A stretch of DNA of 64,000 bases from Polyangia bacterium (lineage in GTDB: Bacteria; Myxococcota_A; Polyangia; Fen-1088): contig DASXOE010000092.1 in NCBI GenBank assembly GCA_036494575.1, forward strand, positions 1,732-65,731, written 5' to 3'. The notes below the pieces were generated by a model. That model saw only the letters and a list, made by a program, of their open reading frames with translations, had not been told where the DNA came from and made no database searches. Below, in pieces: positions 18,181-27,157 of this stretch (its first letter is position 1; each line of letters begins with the position of its first letter). The translations under genes and the position numbers were made by a program.

Positions 18181-20754
18181 ATGCGCTTGCGTAATCTTCG
18201 ACACCTCCCGTCTTCCTTCGTGCTCCCGTCGCCCTTCGTGGCAGGGCTCGTGGCCGCGCTCCTCGTCTTGCCGGAGATCGGCTGCGGGCACCCCGCGGTT
18301 CCCGGTGGGAACGGCGCCGGGACGGCCGGTAGCGGCAGCGGAAACGCTGGCTCGTCGGTGACCGGAGAAGGCAGCGGCAACGCCGGGTCGAGCGGCGGCG
18401 ACACGACGGGCGCGGGCGGGAACCCGACGGGCAGCGGCGACGCGGGCTCCACGGGCAGCGCCGGGACGGGCGTCATCATATTGCCGCTCCCCGACGCAGG
18501 CGCCGACGCCCCGGCCATGCCGGTGATGAAGGTCGCTTGCATGGACGATCCGAACCAGCAGGCGGCGCTGCCTTACTCTCCCGGCCAGCAAATCAGCACG
18601 CAGGTCAAGCAGCTCGCGATGAGCACGGTTCAGTCCCTGAGCCTCACGAACAAGGCCGCCCAGCTGCGCGGGCCCAACACGAGCGGCTATCAGGACATCT
18701 TTCGCACGGCGGACGCCGGCGGCGTGAGGGGCTTCCAGTTCCGCGACGGCCCGCGCGGCGTCAACTACGACGCCGTCAAGCCCGCCGGGTCGCAGGGCTA
18801 CTCGACGGTCTACCCGGTGGCGTCGGGGCGCGGCGCGACCTTCGACGTCGATCTCGAGAACAAGATCGGAGAGGCCGAGGGCGACGAGCTCATCTCGTCG
18901 GGCGCGACCATGCTGCTGGCGCCGACGGTCAACATCCTGCGCAACCCGGCTTGGGGCCGTGCCCAGGAGAGCTACGGCGAGGACTCCTTCATGCTGGGCC
19001 GCATGGGCTCGGCGCACGTCGTCGGCGTGCAGGAGTTCGCGCCCGCCTGCGTGAAGCACTACGCGGCGAACAACATCGAGCGGAACCGCGCGAACCTCAA
19101 CGCCTCGATGGACGAGGCGACCCTGCAGGAGGTCTACGCGCGTCACTTCGGGATGATCATTCAGGACGGCGGCGTCGCCTGCGTCATGGCGGCCTACAAC
19201 CTCGTCAACGGGACCAAGTGCACGCAGGACGCGCACCTCCTCAACGACATCTTGCGCGGCGAGTTCGGCTTCCAAGGCATGGTCCTCTCCGACTGGTGGG
19301 CCATGCCCGGCGGGCAAAGCCCCAGCCAGAACGACAAGCTCTCCAACGCCACCGGCGCCATCAACGCCGGCATGGACATGGAGCTGCCCTGGAACTTGAA
19401 CTACAGCGTGCTCGAGAACATCCCCAACGGCGAGGCCGCCATCACGCAGTCGGCCTTGCGCGTGATCGAGACGAAGGTCCGCTTCAAGGTGAACGCGCCG
19501 GGCGCCGGCGCCGTCGGGCTCAAGGTCCCGACGACGTCGCTCAACCAGAGCAGCTTCTCGGTCACCAACAATGCCGCCCACATCGCGCTCGCGCAGCAGG
19601 CGGCCCTCGAGGGCGCCGTGCTCCTCAAGAACGACGGCAACGTCCTGCCGATCCCCGCCAGCGCCCATACCGTCGCCGTCGTCGGGCCCACCGTGGGCTG
19701 GACCCTCAAGGGCGTGGGCTCGAGCGGCAGCATCAACTTCGCGACCGACGCGCGCATCGGCGACCTCGGCAGCAGCCGCGTCAACAACGATCCCTCGAAG
19801 ACGGTCGGTCCCTTCGCGGGCATCAAGGCCGCGGCGCCGGCCGGCGTGAACGTCGTCAGCGCGAACGGCGACAACGCCGCGACGGTCGCGGCCGCGATGG
19901 CCGCCGACTTCGTCGTCGTCGTGGCGGGCCTGACGCCGCAGGACGAGGGCGAGGAGTACACCATCACGCCGGACGACGCCGATCGGGACGCGAGCCTGGC
20001 CCTCGACGGCAAGACGGGCGGCACGGCCCAGAACTCCTTCATCTCGAAGATCGCGGCGCTCAACAAGCCCATGGTCGTCATCCTCGAGGGCGGCGGCGCC
20101 ATCGACGTGCGCCCGTGGCTCTCCTCCGTCAAGGCGCTCGTGATGGCTTGGTATCCCGGGCAGGCCGGCGGCACGGCGCTCGGGCAGCTCGTCTTCGGCA
20201 AGGCCAACTTCAGCGGCAAGCTGCCCGTGACCTGGCCCGCCTCGCTGGCCGACCTGCCGACCTTCAGCGGCGGTAACGGCACGACGACGATGGGCTACAA
20301 TCTCGGCTACCGCTGGTTCGACACGCAGAATAAGACCCCGCAGTTTCCCTTCGGAGCCGGTCTGTCGTACACGAGCTTCGCGTACAGCAACGTTCAAGTT
20401 CCTTGTTCGACCGCGACGGCCAAGAGCGTCGTGAAGGTGACAGTCGACATCCGCAACATGGGGACGATGGACGGCGACGAGACCGCGATGCTGTTCGTCT
20501 CGTACCCCGACTCCAAGGACCCCAACCGCACGGCAATGAACTACAAGGAGCTCAAGGGCTTCGTTCGCGTGCACATCGCCGCCGGACAGGGCGCCCGGGT
20601 GACGATTCCGCTGCGCGTCTCGGACCTGACCCACTACGACATGGCCTCCAAGACCCTCAAGGTCGAGTCCGGCACGGTCAAGGTCATGGTCGGTCCCAAC
20701 GCCGGCAACGACAAGCTCGTTAGTGACGCGACCACGACGTTCATGGTTCAGTAG
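18181..20754 (+). CDS. glycoside hydrolase family 3 beta-glucosidase-like exported enzyme
   Basis: GGAG lies 8 nt before the ATG at 18181 (the ORF opens at 18172). Has KHYAANNIE, GFQGMVLSDWWA (nucleophile Asp context) and a C-terminal FnIII-like segment (VKVTVDIRNMGTMDGDETAMLFV). Confidence 0.9.
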   Translation: MRLRNLRHLPSSFVLPSPFVAGLVAALLVLPEIGCGHPAVPGGNGAGTAGSGSGNAGSSVTGEGSGNAGSSGGDTTGAGGNPTGSGDAGSTGSAGTGVIILPLPDAGADAPAMPVMKVACMDDPNQQAALPYSPGQQISTQVKQLAMSTVQSLSLTNKAAQLRGPNTSGYQDIFRTADAGGVRGFQFRDGPRGVNYDAVKPAGSQGYSTVYPVASGRGATFDVDLENKIGEAEGDELISSGATMLLAPTVNILRNPAWGRAQESYGEDSFMLGRMGSAHVVGVQEFAPACVKHYAANNIERNRANLNASMDEATLQEVYARHFGMIIQDGGVACVMAAYNLVNGTKCTQDAHLLNDILRGEFGFQGMVLSDWWAMPGGQSPSQNDKLSNATGAINAGMDMELPWNLNYSVLENIPNGEAAITQSALRVIETKVRFKVNAPGAGAVGLKVPTTSLNQSSFSVTNNAAHIALAQQAALEGAVLLKNDGNVLPIPASAHTVAVVGPTVGWTLKGVGSSGSINFATDARIGDLGSSRVNNDPSKTVGPFAGIKAAAPAGVNVVSANGDNAATVAAAMAADFVVVVAGLTPQDEGEEYTITPDDADRDASLALDGKTGGTAQNSFISKIAALNKPMVVILEGGGAIDVRPWLSSVKALVMAWYPGQAGGTALGQLVFGKANFSGKLPVTWPASLADLPTFSGGNGTTTMGYNLGYRWFDTQNKTPQFPFGAGLSYTSFAYSNVQVPCSTATAKSVVKVTVDIRNMGTMDGDETAMLFVSYPDSKDPNRTAMNYKELKGFVRVHIAAGQGARVTIPLRVSDLTHYDMASKTLKVESGTVKVMVGPNAGNDKLVSDATTTFMVQ

Positions 20755-20761
20755 CCCGGAC

Positions 20762-22147
20762 ATGGCCCCCATTCCGTTTGGCCCCAAATTACGACGGGTG
20801 ACGTCTACCCTGATTCCGCTCGCGCTCCTGCTCGTCTCTACGGGGGCGCGCGCGGCGGAAGATCCCGGCTCCGACGAGGACGCGGACTCCAGCGACGAGT
20901 CGAAGCCCACGCGCGGCGCCAAGGGCGTCGCGCACGAGTCGCTGCCGGCGCCCAAGGTCGCGCTGCCCGAGGAGCCGCCGCCCATCGGGCCGGTCGAGCG
21001 GCTGCCCCCGACGGCGTATCCAGAGTGGAAGACGCGCGGCCTCCACGGCGGTTCCCTCTGGCTCACCATGCACGGCATGCCCTGGCCGTACTACCCGAAG
21101 ACCGGCATCGGCGTCTCGGGCTCCGCCTGGCTAGACACGGGCTACGAGTCGATCATTCGCGGCAACAATACCGAGGGGAACAGCAAGTACCTCCTCAACC
21201 AGGGGCGCGCCGTGTTGCGCATCACGCCGACCTATTCGGCCGACTCCTGGTACGTGCAGACCCAGGTCGAGCTCGTGGGCAACAAGGACCAGTCGATCGC
21301 GCAGCCGGCCGTCGCCGATCTCGACGATCTCTGGATCCGCACCGGCCAGTGGAAGAAATGGGACCTGCAGGTCGGCCGCTTCGAGGCCTTCGAGGTCTAT
21401 CACTTCGGCATGGGCCTCGACCTCAACACGCTCGAACGGCAAGGGCCCGCCGACCAGAAGCGCACGATCCCGGACGTCTACGGGTTGCAGACCATCGTCT
21501 ACCGCCAGAGCGGCGTGGGCAACGTCGCGTTTCACTACTACATCTCGGACTACTTGCGGATCGAGCTGCTGGGCCAGGCCGGCTTCGATACGGTCAACGC
21601 CATCAACACCTATGGTGGCCGACCCGCCATCGTGCTCGACACGGGCGTCCTCAAGGTGAAGGTCGCCGTCGACGCCAGGAAGCAGTTCCCCGTCGTCAAC
21701 GTGTCGAAGGAGAGCCGGTACCAGCGCGGCGCCACCGCCGCCCTCCAGATCGTGCTCGATCCCTTCATCGAGCTCGGCGCCAACGTCGCGTACGGCCTCG
21801 TCGACCACTACAACCCTCAGAACGTGACCAACCCGAACGCGTCGATGGGCGACTTCGACGGCGCCGGCAGCGTCACCGACATCAGCGCGGGCGGCTTCGT
21901 GAACGCGCGCATCGTCGAGGACTTTCTCCTCGGCGTCGGCGCGAACTACACCGACGAAAAGGATCAGGTCCAGGGCGACTTCACCAACCTGCAGGCCTTC
22001 GGCGCGCTGCAGTACCTCGTCGGCAAGCAGCTCTTCGTGAAGTTCGTGGGCGCCTATGGCAAGGCGCACATCGCCCAGGGAGGCGGCGTGCCGGCCTGGG
22101 ACAACACGATGACCAGCGGCCGCCTCCGACTGATGTATCTGTTCTGA
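20762..22147 (+). CDS. outer-membrane beta-barrel (porin-like) protein
   Basis: ATG at 20762 with signal peptide (LIPLALLLVSTGARA). Alternating beta-strand pattern rich in aromatic girdle residues. C-terminal RLRLMYLF ends in Phe. Lies directly downstream of the GH3 gene. Confidence 0.75.
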   Translation: MAPIPFGPKLRRVTSTLIPLALLLVSTGARAAEDPGSDEDADSSDESKPTRGAKGVAHESLPAPKVALPEEPPPIGPVERLPPTAYPEWKTRGLHGGSLWLTMHGMPWPYYPKTGIGVSGSAWLDTGYESIIRGNNTEGNSKYLLNQGRAVLRITPTYSADSWYVQTQVELVGNKDQSIAQPAVADLDDLWIRTGQWKKWDLQVGRFEAFEVYHFGMGLDLNTLERQGPADQKRTIPDVYGLQTIVYRQSGVGNVAFHYYISDYLRIELLGQAGFDTVNAINTYGGRPAIVLDTGVLKVKVAVDARKQFPVVNVSKESRYQRGATAALQIVLDPFIELGANVAYGLVDHYNPQNVTNPNASMGDFDGAGSVTDISAGGFVNARIVEDFLLGVGANYTDEKDQVQGDFTNLQAFGALQYLVGKQLFVKFVGAYGKAHIAQGGGVPAWDNTMTSGRLRLMYLF

Positions 22148-22219
22148 GCTTCTGAGCCTTCGGTTCTGAGCCTTCGGTTCTGAACCTTCAGCTCTGAACC
22201 TTCAGCTCTGAACCTTCGT
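22142..22219. repeat. 14-bp tandem repeat, about 5.5 copies (TTCTGAGCCTTCGG / CTCTGAACCTTCAG variants)
   Basis: Read directly: ttctgagc ttctgagccttcgg ttctgagccttcgg ttctgaaccttcag ctctgaaccttcag ctctgaaccttcgt. It begins at the porin stop codon (22145-22147). Confidence 0.9.
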
Positions 22220-22266
22220 GGACGGACGCCCGCGCGACTTGTCTGGGAGCTGGCAGGCCCCAAGCT

Positions 22267-22731
22267 TTGGGCATGCCAACGAAGAGCACGGTCGATAAGG
22301 CCAAACGCGACCTCGCCGAGGGCAAGAAGCCGTCGACGGCGTCGGGCGAGTTCGTGCGCGAGGAAATCGAGCACGTCCGCGAGGGGCGTCACGGGGCGCG
22401 CTCGCCTCAGCAGGCGATCGCCATCGGGCTGTCGAAGGCGCGTCGCGCCGGCGTTCCCCTTCCACCACCCGCGCCCGGTCGGACGTCCGCGCGGACGCGC
22501 CGGTCCGCCGCCCAGGCGTACGCGGCCGGCCAGGGACGAAGAAAGCCGCGCGCGCCCTCGCCGAAGCGCAGCCGGGCCACCGAGCGCGCGCTCCAGAGAG
22601 AGACGGAGCAGTCTGTCTCGCGCGACGCCCTCGCCAAGCAAGGCAAGCGTGCCGCCGCCCGGCGCACGGCTGCCGATCGCTCACGGGCCGCGAAGAAGGC
22701 CGCGGCGACCCGGCAACGACGCCGGGCCTGA
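22267..22731 (+). CDS. DUF6496-like small basic protein
   Basis: The N-terminus KRDLAEGKKPSTASGEFVREEIEHVREGRHGARSPQQAIAIGLSKARRAGVPL matches my memory of the conserved DUF6496 core. The C-terminal half is a Lys/Arg/Ala-rich tail. Confidence 0.7.
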   Translation: MGMPTKSTVDKAKRDLAEGKKPSTASGEFVREEIEHVREGRHGARSPQQAIAIGLSKARRAGVPLPPPAPGRTSARTRRSAAQAYAAGQGRRKPRAPSPKRSRATERALQRETEQSVSRDALAKQGKRAAARRTAADRSRAAKKAAATRQRRRA

Positions 22732-22845
22732 AATTTCGCCCAAAGACGCGCTCGGCCCTGTTCACGCGTCGGGTCAGATCCGGAGGCCCTTTTCGCCCCC
22801 GCTTCGGGATAGATTGCGTCCGGGGGGGAGATTGGAGCTTGTTCG

Positions 22846-24786
22846 TTGCAGGGCGACCCGCGAGCTGACAGCAATCTTTCCAGTATTTTACAGACGACGT
22901 TGGACGCCATCTCTGATGGCATCCAGATCATCGACAGCGACTGGCGTTACGTCTATTTGAACCAGACGGCATGCCGGCACGGCAGACGCCATCGCGACGA
23001 GCTCGTAGGACGCTCGATGGTGGAGTGCTACCCGGGGATCGCACAGACGCCCCTGTTCGGGATCCTCACGGCATGCATGAAGGATCGAACGGCGCGCGTC
23101 CTCGACAACGAGTTCTCCTTCGCCGATGGAACGCGCGCGCTGTTCGAGCTGCGCGTGGAGCCGTGCCCGCAGGGCATCTTCATCCTCTCGGTCGACATCT
23201 CGGAGCGCAGGCGCCTCGAAGGCGAGCTTCGCCAGGCCCAGAAGATGGACGCCATCGGCCAGCTCGCGGGCAGCGTGGCCCATGACTTCAACAACATGCT
23301 CACCGCCATGCAGGGCTTCGCCGGGTTCGCGCTCGACGAGCTCGGCGCCTCCCACCCGGTGGCGGGGGACCTGCGCGAGGTGCTGGCCGCCGTCGATCGC
23401 GCGACCGCCCTCACGAAGCAGTTGCTGGCGTTCTCTCGCCACACGCCCTTCGCGGCGCGCGTGCTAGACGTCAACGCCCTCGTCGAGTCGCTCGATCGGT
23501 TGCTGCGGCGGCTCATCGGAGAGGACATCGAGCTCGAGACCAAGCTCGCGAGCGAGTCGTGGCGCGCGCTCATCGACTCGGGCGCCTTCGAGCAGCTGGT
23601 CGTCAACCTCGTGGTGAACGCCCGTGACGCGATGCCGGACGGCGGGTGTCTCACGATCGAGACGCAGAACGTTTCCATGGACGAGCCTCAGGCGCTGTCG
23701 CACGCCGAGGTCATCCCGGCCGGCGACTACATCGTGCTGGCGGTCACCGACGAGGGAATGGGGATGGAGCCGGCCGTCCTCGAGAAGATCTTCGATCCGT
23801 TCTTCACGACGAAGCGAGAGGGGAAGGGCACGGGGCTGGGATTGTCGACGTGCTACGGAATCGCGCGCCAAGCGGGCGGCTACATTTGGGTGTACAGCGA
23901 GCCGGGAAGCGGGTCGACCTTCAAGATCTATTTGCCGCGGGCCAATGGTCCCGTGAGCGAGAACGCCATAGCGGCCGCCGGTCGCGCCGTGGGCGGGCGC
24001 GAGACCATCCTGCTCGTCGAGGACGACCCCCAGGTGCGCGAGGTGACCGAGCGCATCCTCCAGCGCCTCGGGTACGTGGTCCTCGTGGCGGGGAGCCCCC
24101 AAGAAGCGATCGACATCGTCATCGCGCACGGCCGCGCGCCAGATCTCCTGCTCACCGACATGACGTTGCCCGGGGGCAGCGGTCACGAGCTGGCCCTGCG
24201 TCTGCGCGGCCGCCACCCCCAGCTTCGGGCGCTCTACATTTCGGGGTACACGGAGGCCTCGCTCGCGCGGCGGGGTGGGGTGCCGGTCGGAACGTCGATG
24301 CTCGCGAAGCCGTTCACGTCGGCCGCGCTCGCCCGCCGCGTGCGCCAGGCGCTCGACGACTCGGGGCCCTCGGTGCCCCTTCAACCGGTCACCGACCGCA
24401 GGCCGCTCGTGCTGATCGTGGACGACGAGGATACGCTCCGCCGTTCGCTCAAGCGCCAGTTGGTGGCCCTCGGCTGCGACGTCCTCGAGGCGTCCGAGGG
24501 CGCGAACGCCATCCAGGTGGCGTCCGACGCCGGCCCGTCCGTGATCTTCCTCGACCTGCACATGCCAGGGGTCGACGGTCACACGTTGCTGCGGCGCCTC
24601 CCCATCTCCGGCGTCCGCTCGACGATCGTCATCATGAGCGGCGGCGGCGACATCGACGACGTGATCTCGGCCCTGCGGAACGGCGCTTGCGACTACCTCA
24701 AGAAACCCTGGTCGGCCGAAGACCTCGCGTCCGCGCTGCGGCGCGCGCTCGAGGTCTACCGCGTCGCCGAGGGCTCGCCCGCCTGA
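22846..24786 (+). CDS. hybrid sensor histidine kinase (PAS-HisKA-HATPase_c-REC-REC)
   Basis: PAS-like N-terminus, H-box GSVAHDFNNMLTAM and G-boxes GTGLGLSTCYGIARQAGG. Two receiver domains are present (ILLVEDDP...LLLTDMTLPGGSG...KPF and LVLIVDDE...IFLDLHMPGVDG...KKPW). A TTG start is assumed, so the exact start is uncertain. Confidence 0.9.
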   Translation: MQGDPRADSNLSSILQTTLDAISDGIQIIDSDWRYVYLNQTACRHGRRHRDELVGRSMVECYPGIAQTPLFGILTACMKDRTARVLDNEFSFADGTRALFELRVEPCPQGIFILSVDISERRRLEGELRQAQKMDAIGQLAGSVAHDFNNMLTAMQGFAGFALDELGASHPVAGDLREVLAAVDRATALTKQLLAFSRHTPFAARVLDVNALVESLDRLLRRLIGEDIELETKLASESWRALIDSGAFEQLVVNLVVNARDAMPDGGCLTIETQNVSMDEPQALSHAEVIPAGDYIVLAVTDEGMGMEPAVLEKIFDPFFTTKREGKGTGLGLSTCYGIARQAGGYIWVYSEPGSGSTFKIYLPRANGPVSENAIAAAGRAVGGRETILLVEDDPQVREVTERILQRLGYVVLVAGSPQEAIDIVIAHGRAPDLLLTDMTLPGGSGHELALRLRGRHPQLRALYISGYTEASLARRGGVPVGTSMLAKPFTSAALARRVRQALDDSGPSVPLQPVTDRRPLVLIVDDEDTLRRSLKRQLVALGCDVLEASEGANAIQVASDAGPSVIFLDLHMPGVDGHTLLRRLPISGVRSTIVIMSGGGDIDDVISALRNGACDYLKKPWSAEDLASALRRALEVYRVAEGSPA

Positions 24787-24788
24787 GC

Positions 24789-26150
24789 TCAGTCCTTCGC
24801 GGAAGCTTGCGCCGACAGACGACGGCCGACGGTCCGATCGAGGGCGAGCCAGGCCCGATAGCACGCGAGCCGCAGGTCGACGTAGGTGCTGCGGCTGCGC
24901 AGGATGACGTCCTCGGCCGTCGTGAGCGCGACCACGTCCAGCTGACCGCCGGCGACCGCCGCCGCGAGCAGCTTCTCCTGGGCGGCGAGATCGGGCAGCA
25001 CCTGCGCCTCGTAGCGGCGCAGCGTCTCGCCGCGGAGCGCGATCTCGTCGCGCGCGCTCGTGAGATCGCGCCGGATGCCGCCCACGAGCTTGGCGAACGC
25101 CTCGCGCTCCTGATCGCGGGTGGCCTCGGCGATCTGGATGGGGCCGCCGTTGAGGTTGAGGATCGGCACCGTGAGCTCGAGGCCGGCCGAGAAATCGCTC
25201 GGGTGCACATCCGAGCCGTCCGAGCGGTAGCGCGGCATGGCCGTCAGGCGGAACCAGGGCCAGCGGCGCGCCATCTCGAGGCGCACGGTCTCCTCGCGCT
25301 GGTGGTAGCGGCGCTCCTCGGCCGCGAGCGCCGGGCGCGTCGCGAGCGTGGCCTCGACGAGGGCGTCGAGCGCTGGTGGCGGGCTCGTCTCGGCGCCCAG
25401 CCGCCCGGCGACGTCGCGCGCGGGCGTCGTCCCGAGGAGCAGCCCCAGATCGGCGGCCGCCCCGATCTGCTGCGTCGCCAGATCGTCGCGCTCGCGCTCG
25501 ACCTCGGCGACGGCCAGCTGCGCGAGGCCGAGGTCGAGCCTGGTCGACGCGCCACCCGCGAGGCGCTTGCGCACGAGGTCGAGGATGCGCCGGCGCGTCT
25601 CGAGATCCTTGTCGACGAGCGCGCCCTTCTCGCTGATGGCGAGGAGCGTGGCGTGAGCGGCGCGCACGGCGGTCGCGACCTGCCACTCGGCTTCGGCGAT
25701 GTCGGCTTCGACGGCCGCCGCGCCCGCGCGCGCAGCGGCGCGCCCCGCCGCGTAGATGCCGGGCTGGGGCGGCGCCCAGCCGAGCGTGATGGCCCAGCCG
25801 ACCTGCGAGGGCCAGTCTTCCAGATGAATCATGTCGAAGCCCACGGTGGGGTTGGCGAGCGCGCTCGCCGCCACGATCTGCCCCTCGGCGATGCCGCGCT
25901 GTTGGCGCGCGGCGCGCAGGTCGGGGTTCCCGCGCAGCGCGAGCTGGACGGCGGCGTCTTCCGTCAAACCCGCGGGTGGCGTGAGCGCGGGGCGGGAGCC
26001 GGGCCCCGGGGCCGCGCCCGCGGGCTCTCGCGCGAGGTCGTTCATGACGGCGCGCGCGTCGAGGGGCCGCGGCTGGTAGCAGCCCGCGGCGAGGGCGAGC
26101 CCGAGCAGCGTCGGGCCCGCCGGCGGACGCCCGCGCCCGGCGCGGCTCAT
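24789..26150 (-). CDS. TolC-family outer-membrane efflux lipoprotein
   Basis: The preferred ATG at 26150 overlaps the upstream stop (ATGA at 26147-26150). Lipobox LALAAGC. Has the OEP-type opening LTEDAAVQLALRGNPDLRAARQQRGIAEGQ and a two-fold coiled-coil repeat organisation. Confidence 0.85.
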   Translation of the reverse strand: MSRAGRGRPPAGPTLLGLALAAGCYQPRPLDARAVMNDLAREPAGAAPGPGSRPALTPPAGLTEDAAVQLALRGNPDLRAARQQRGIAEGQIVAASALANPTVGFDMIHLEDWPSQVGWAITLGWAPPQPGIYAAGRAAARAGAAAVEADIAEAEWQVATAVRAAHATLLAISEKGALVDKDLETRRRILDLVRKRLAGGASTRLDLGLAQLAVAEVERERDDLATQQIGAAADLGLLLGTTPARDVAGRLGAETSPPPALDALVEATLATRPALAAEERRYHQREETVRLEMARRWPWFRLTAMPRYRSDGSDVHPSDFSAGLELTVPILNLNGGPIQIAEATRDQEREAFAKLVGGIRRDLTSARDEIALRGETLRRYEAQVLPDLAAQEKLLAAAVAGGQLDVVALTTAEDVILRSRSTYVDLRLACYRAWLALDRTVGRRLSAQASAKD

Positions 26151-27157
26151 TTGGCCCCCGGCGCGGGCAGCGGCCAGCGCGTCCACAGAGGAGGCCCGGT
26201 GTTCGCGTCGAAGACGATGACGATCTCGCGGCCGTCCTTGGCCAGCGTCACGCCCTCGGGGTGAAGGCCCGACCATTGATGCACGAACGTCACCGCGCCC
26301 GTGGCGGGGGCGTACCAGTAGAGCGAGCCGCCGCCGTCCTTCTCGCGGCCCTTGGGCGAGTTCGCGAGCACGGCGAGCCGTCCGTCGGGCAGGCTCGTCA
26401 AATCGGCGATGCCCTCGGGGATGCCGCCCGCGTCGCCGCGCAGCGGGAGCTCCCAGTGCCGCGTCACCGCGCCGGGCGGCAAACGGCCCGCGCGCAGCGC
26501 CTCGACCGGCGAAGCGAGGCGCAGCACGACGGCGCCACCCGCCGCCGTGAGCGGCGACTTGAGGCCGACGAGTAGCGCGTCATCGCGGTACGTGATGGCC
26601 TCGATGTCGAGCCGGCCGTCCGGAGGCAGCCCCGCGATCGACAGCAGCGAGCCGCCGCCGTCGGCGGCGCGCGCCGTCGTGAGATCGGCGCGGCCGAGGA
26701 CGCGCAACGCGCGGCCCTCGAGGCCGAGCAGCAACAGCATGTCGCGCGGCGCGCGCTCGCGGCCGCGCTTGTTGAGCGAGTGCGAGGTCGTGAGGAAGAA
26801 GCGCCCGCCCGGGGCCGCGCAGATCGACTCGGCGTCATTGAGCGCGTCGACGCCGAGCAGCGGCACGGGCGTCTCGTCGAAGGCGCCCGCGACGCTCATG
26901 GCGAGCACCCAGGGCTGGTGATGGTCTCCAGCCTGGCCGGTGTCGTCGCTCACGACGAGGTATCGGTCGAGCGCGGTGGCCCACACGACCCCCGACGGCT
27001 CGAGCGTCGCCGAGCGCCGCGCCAGCCCCTCGGGCACGGCGATGCGCGTCGGCGCGGGCGGCGCGACGGGCGCGGCGGTCGCCGCGATCGGCGCCACGGC
27101 GCAGGCCGCGCACAGCCACGCGAGGAGCGGCGGCAGGGCCCGCTCAGAAACGAACAT
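26147..27157 (-). CDS. exported hypothetical protein, beta-propeller/phytase-like repeats suspected
   Basis: ATG at 27157 (MFVSERALPPLLAWLCAACAVAPIAATA signal). Recurrent blade-like motifs: LEPSGVVWATALDRYLVVSDD, EAITYRDDALLVGLKSPL, EGIADLTSLPDGRLAVLANSP and PEGVTLAKDGREIVIVFD. It overlaps the HlyD gene end by 14 nt. Confidence 0.65.
   Translation of the reverse strand: MFVSERALPPLLAWLCAACAVAPIAATAAPVAPPAPTRIAVPEGLARRSATLEPSGVVWATALDRYLVVSDDTGQAGDHHQPWVLAMSVAGAFDETPVPLLGVDALNDAESICAAPGGRFFLTTSHSLNKRGRERAPRDMLLLLGLEGRALRVLGRADLTTARAADGGGSLLSIAGLPPDGRLDIEAITYRDDALLVGLKSPLTAAGGAVVLRLASPVEALRAGRLPPGAVTRHWELPLRGDAGGIPEGIADLTSLPDGRLAVLANSPKGREKDGGGSLYWYAPATGAVTFVHQWSGLHPEGVTLAKDGREIVIVFDANTGPPLWTRWPLPAPGAK

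Noticed and set aside
18163-21078. 971-aa ORF antisense to the GH3 gene, together with other very long antisense or out-of-frame ORFs. Examples are 42597..45857 (+) opposite the RND permease, 23464..25686 (-) and 23646..26264 (+) across the kinase/TolC genes, and 13567..15417 (-).
   Set aside because: Their products are Arg/Gly/Ala/Asp-rich with no motifs. Each lies opposite a gene with strong family signatures. Stop-codon-poor antisense frames are expected at about 70% GC.
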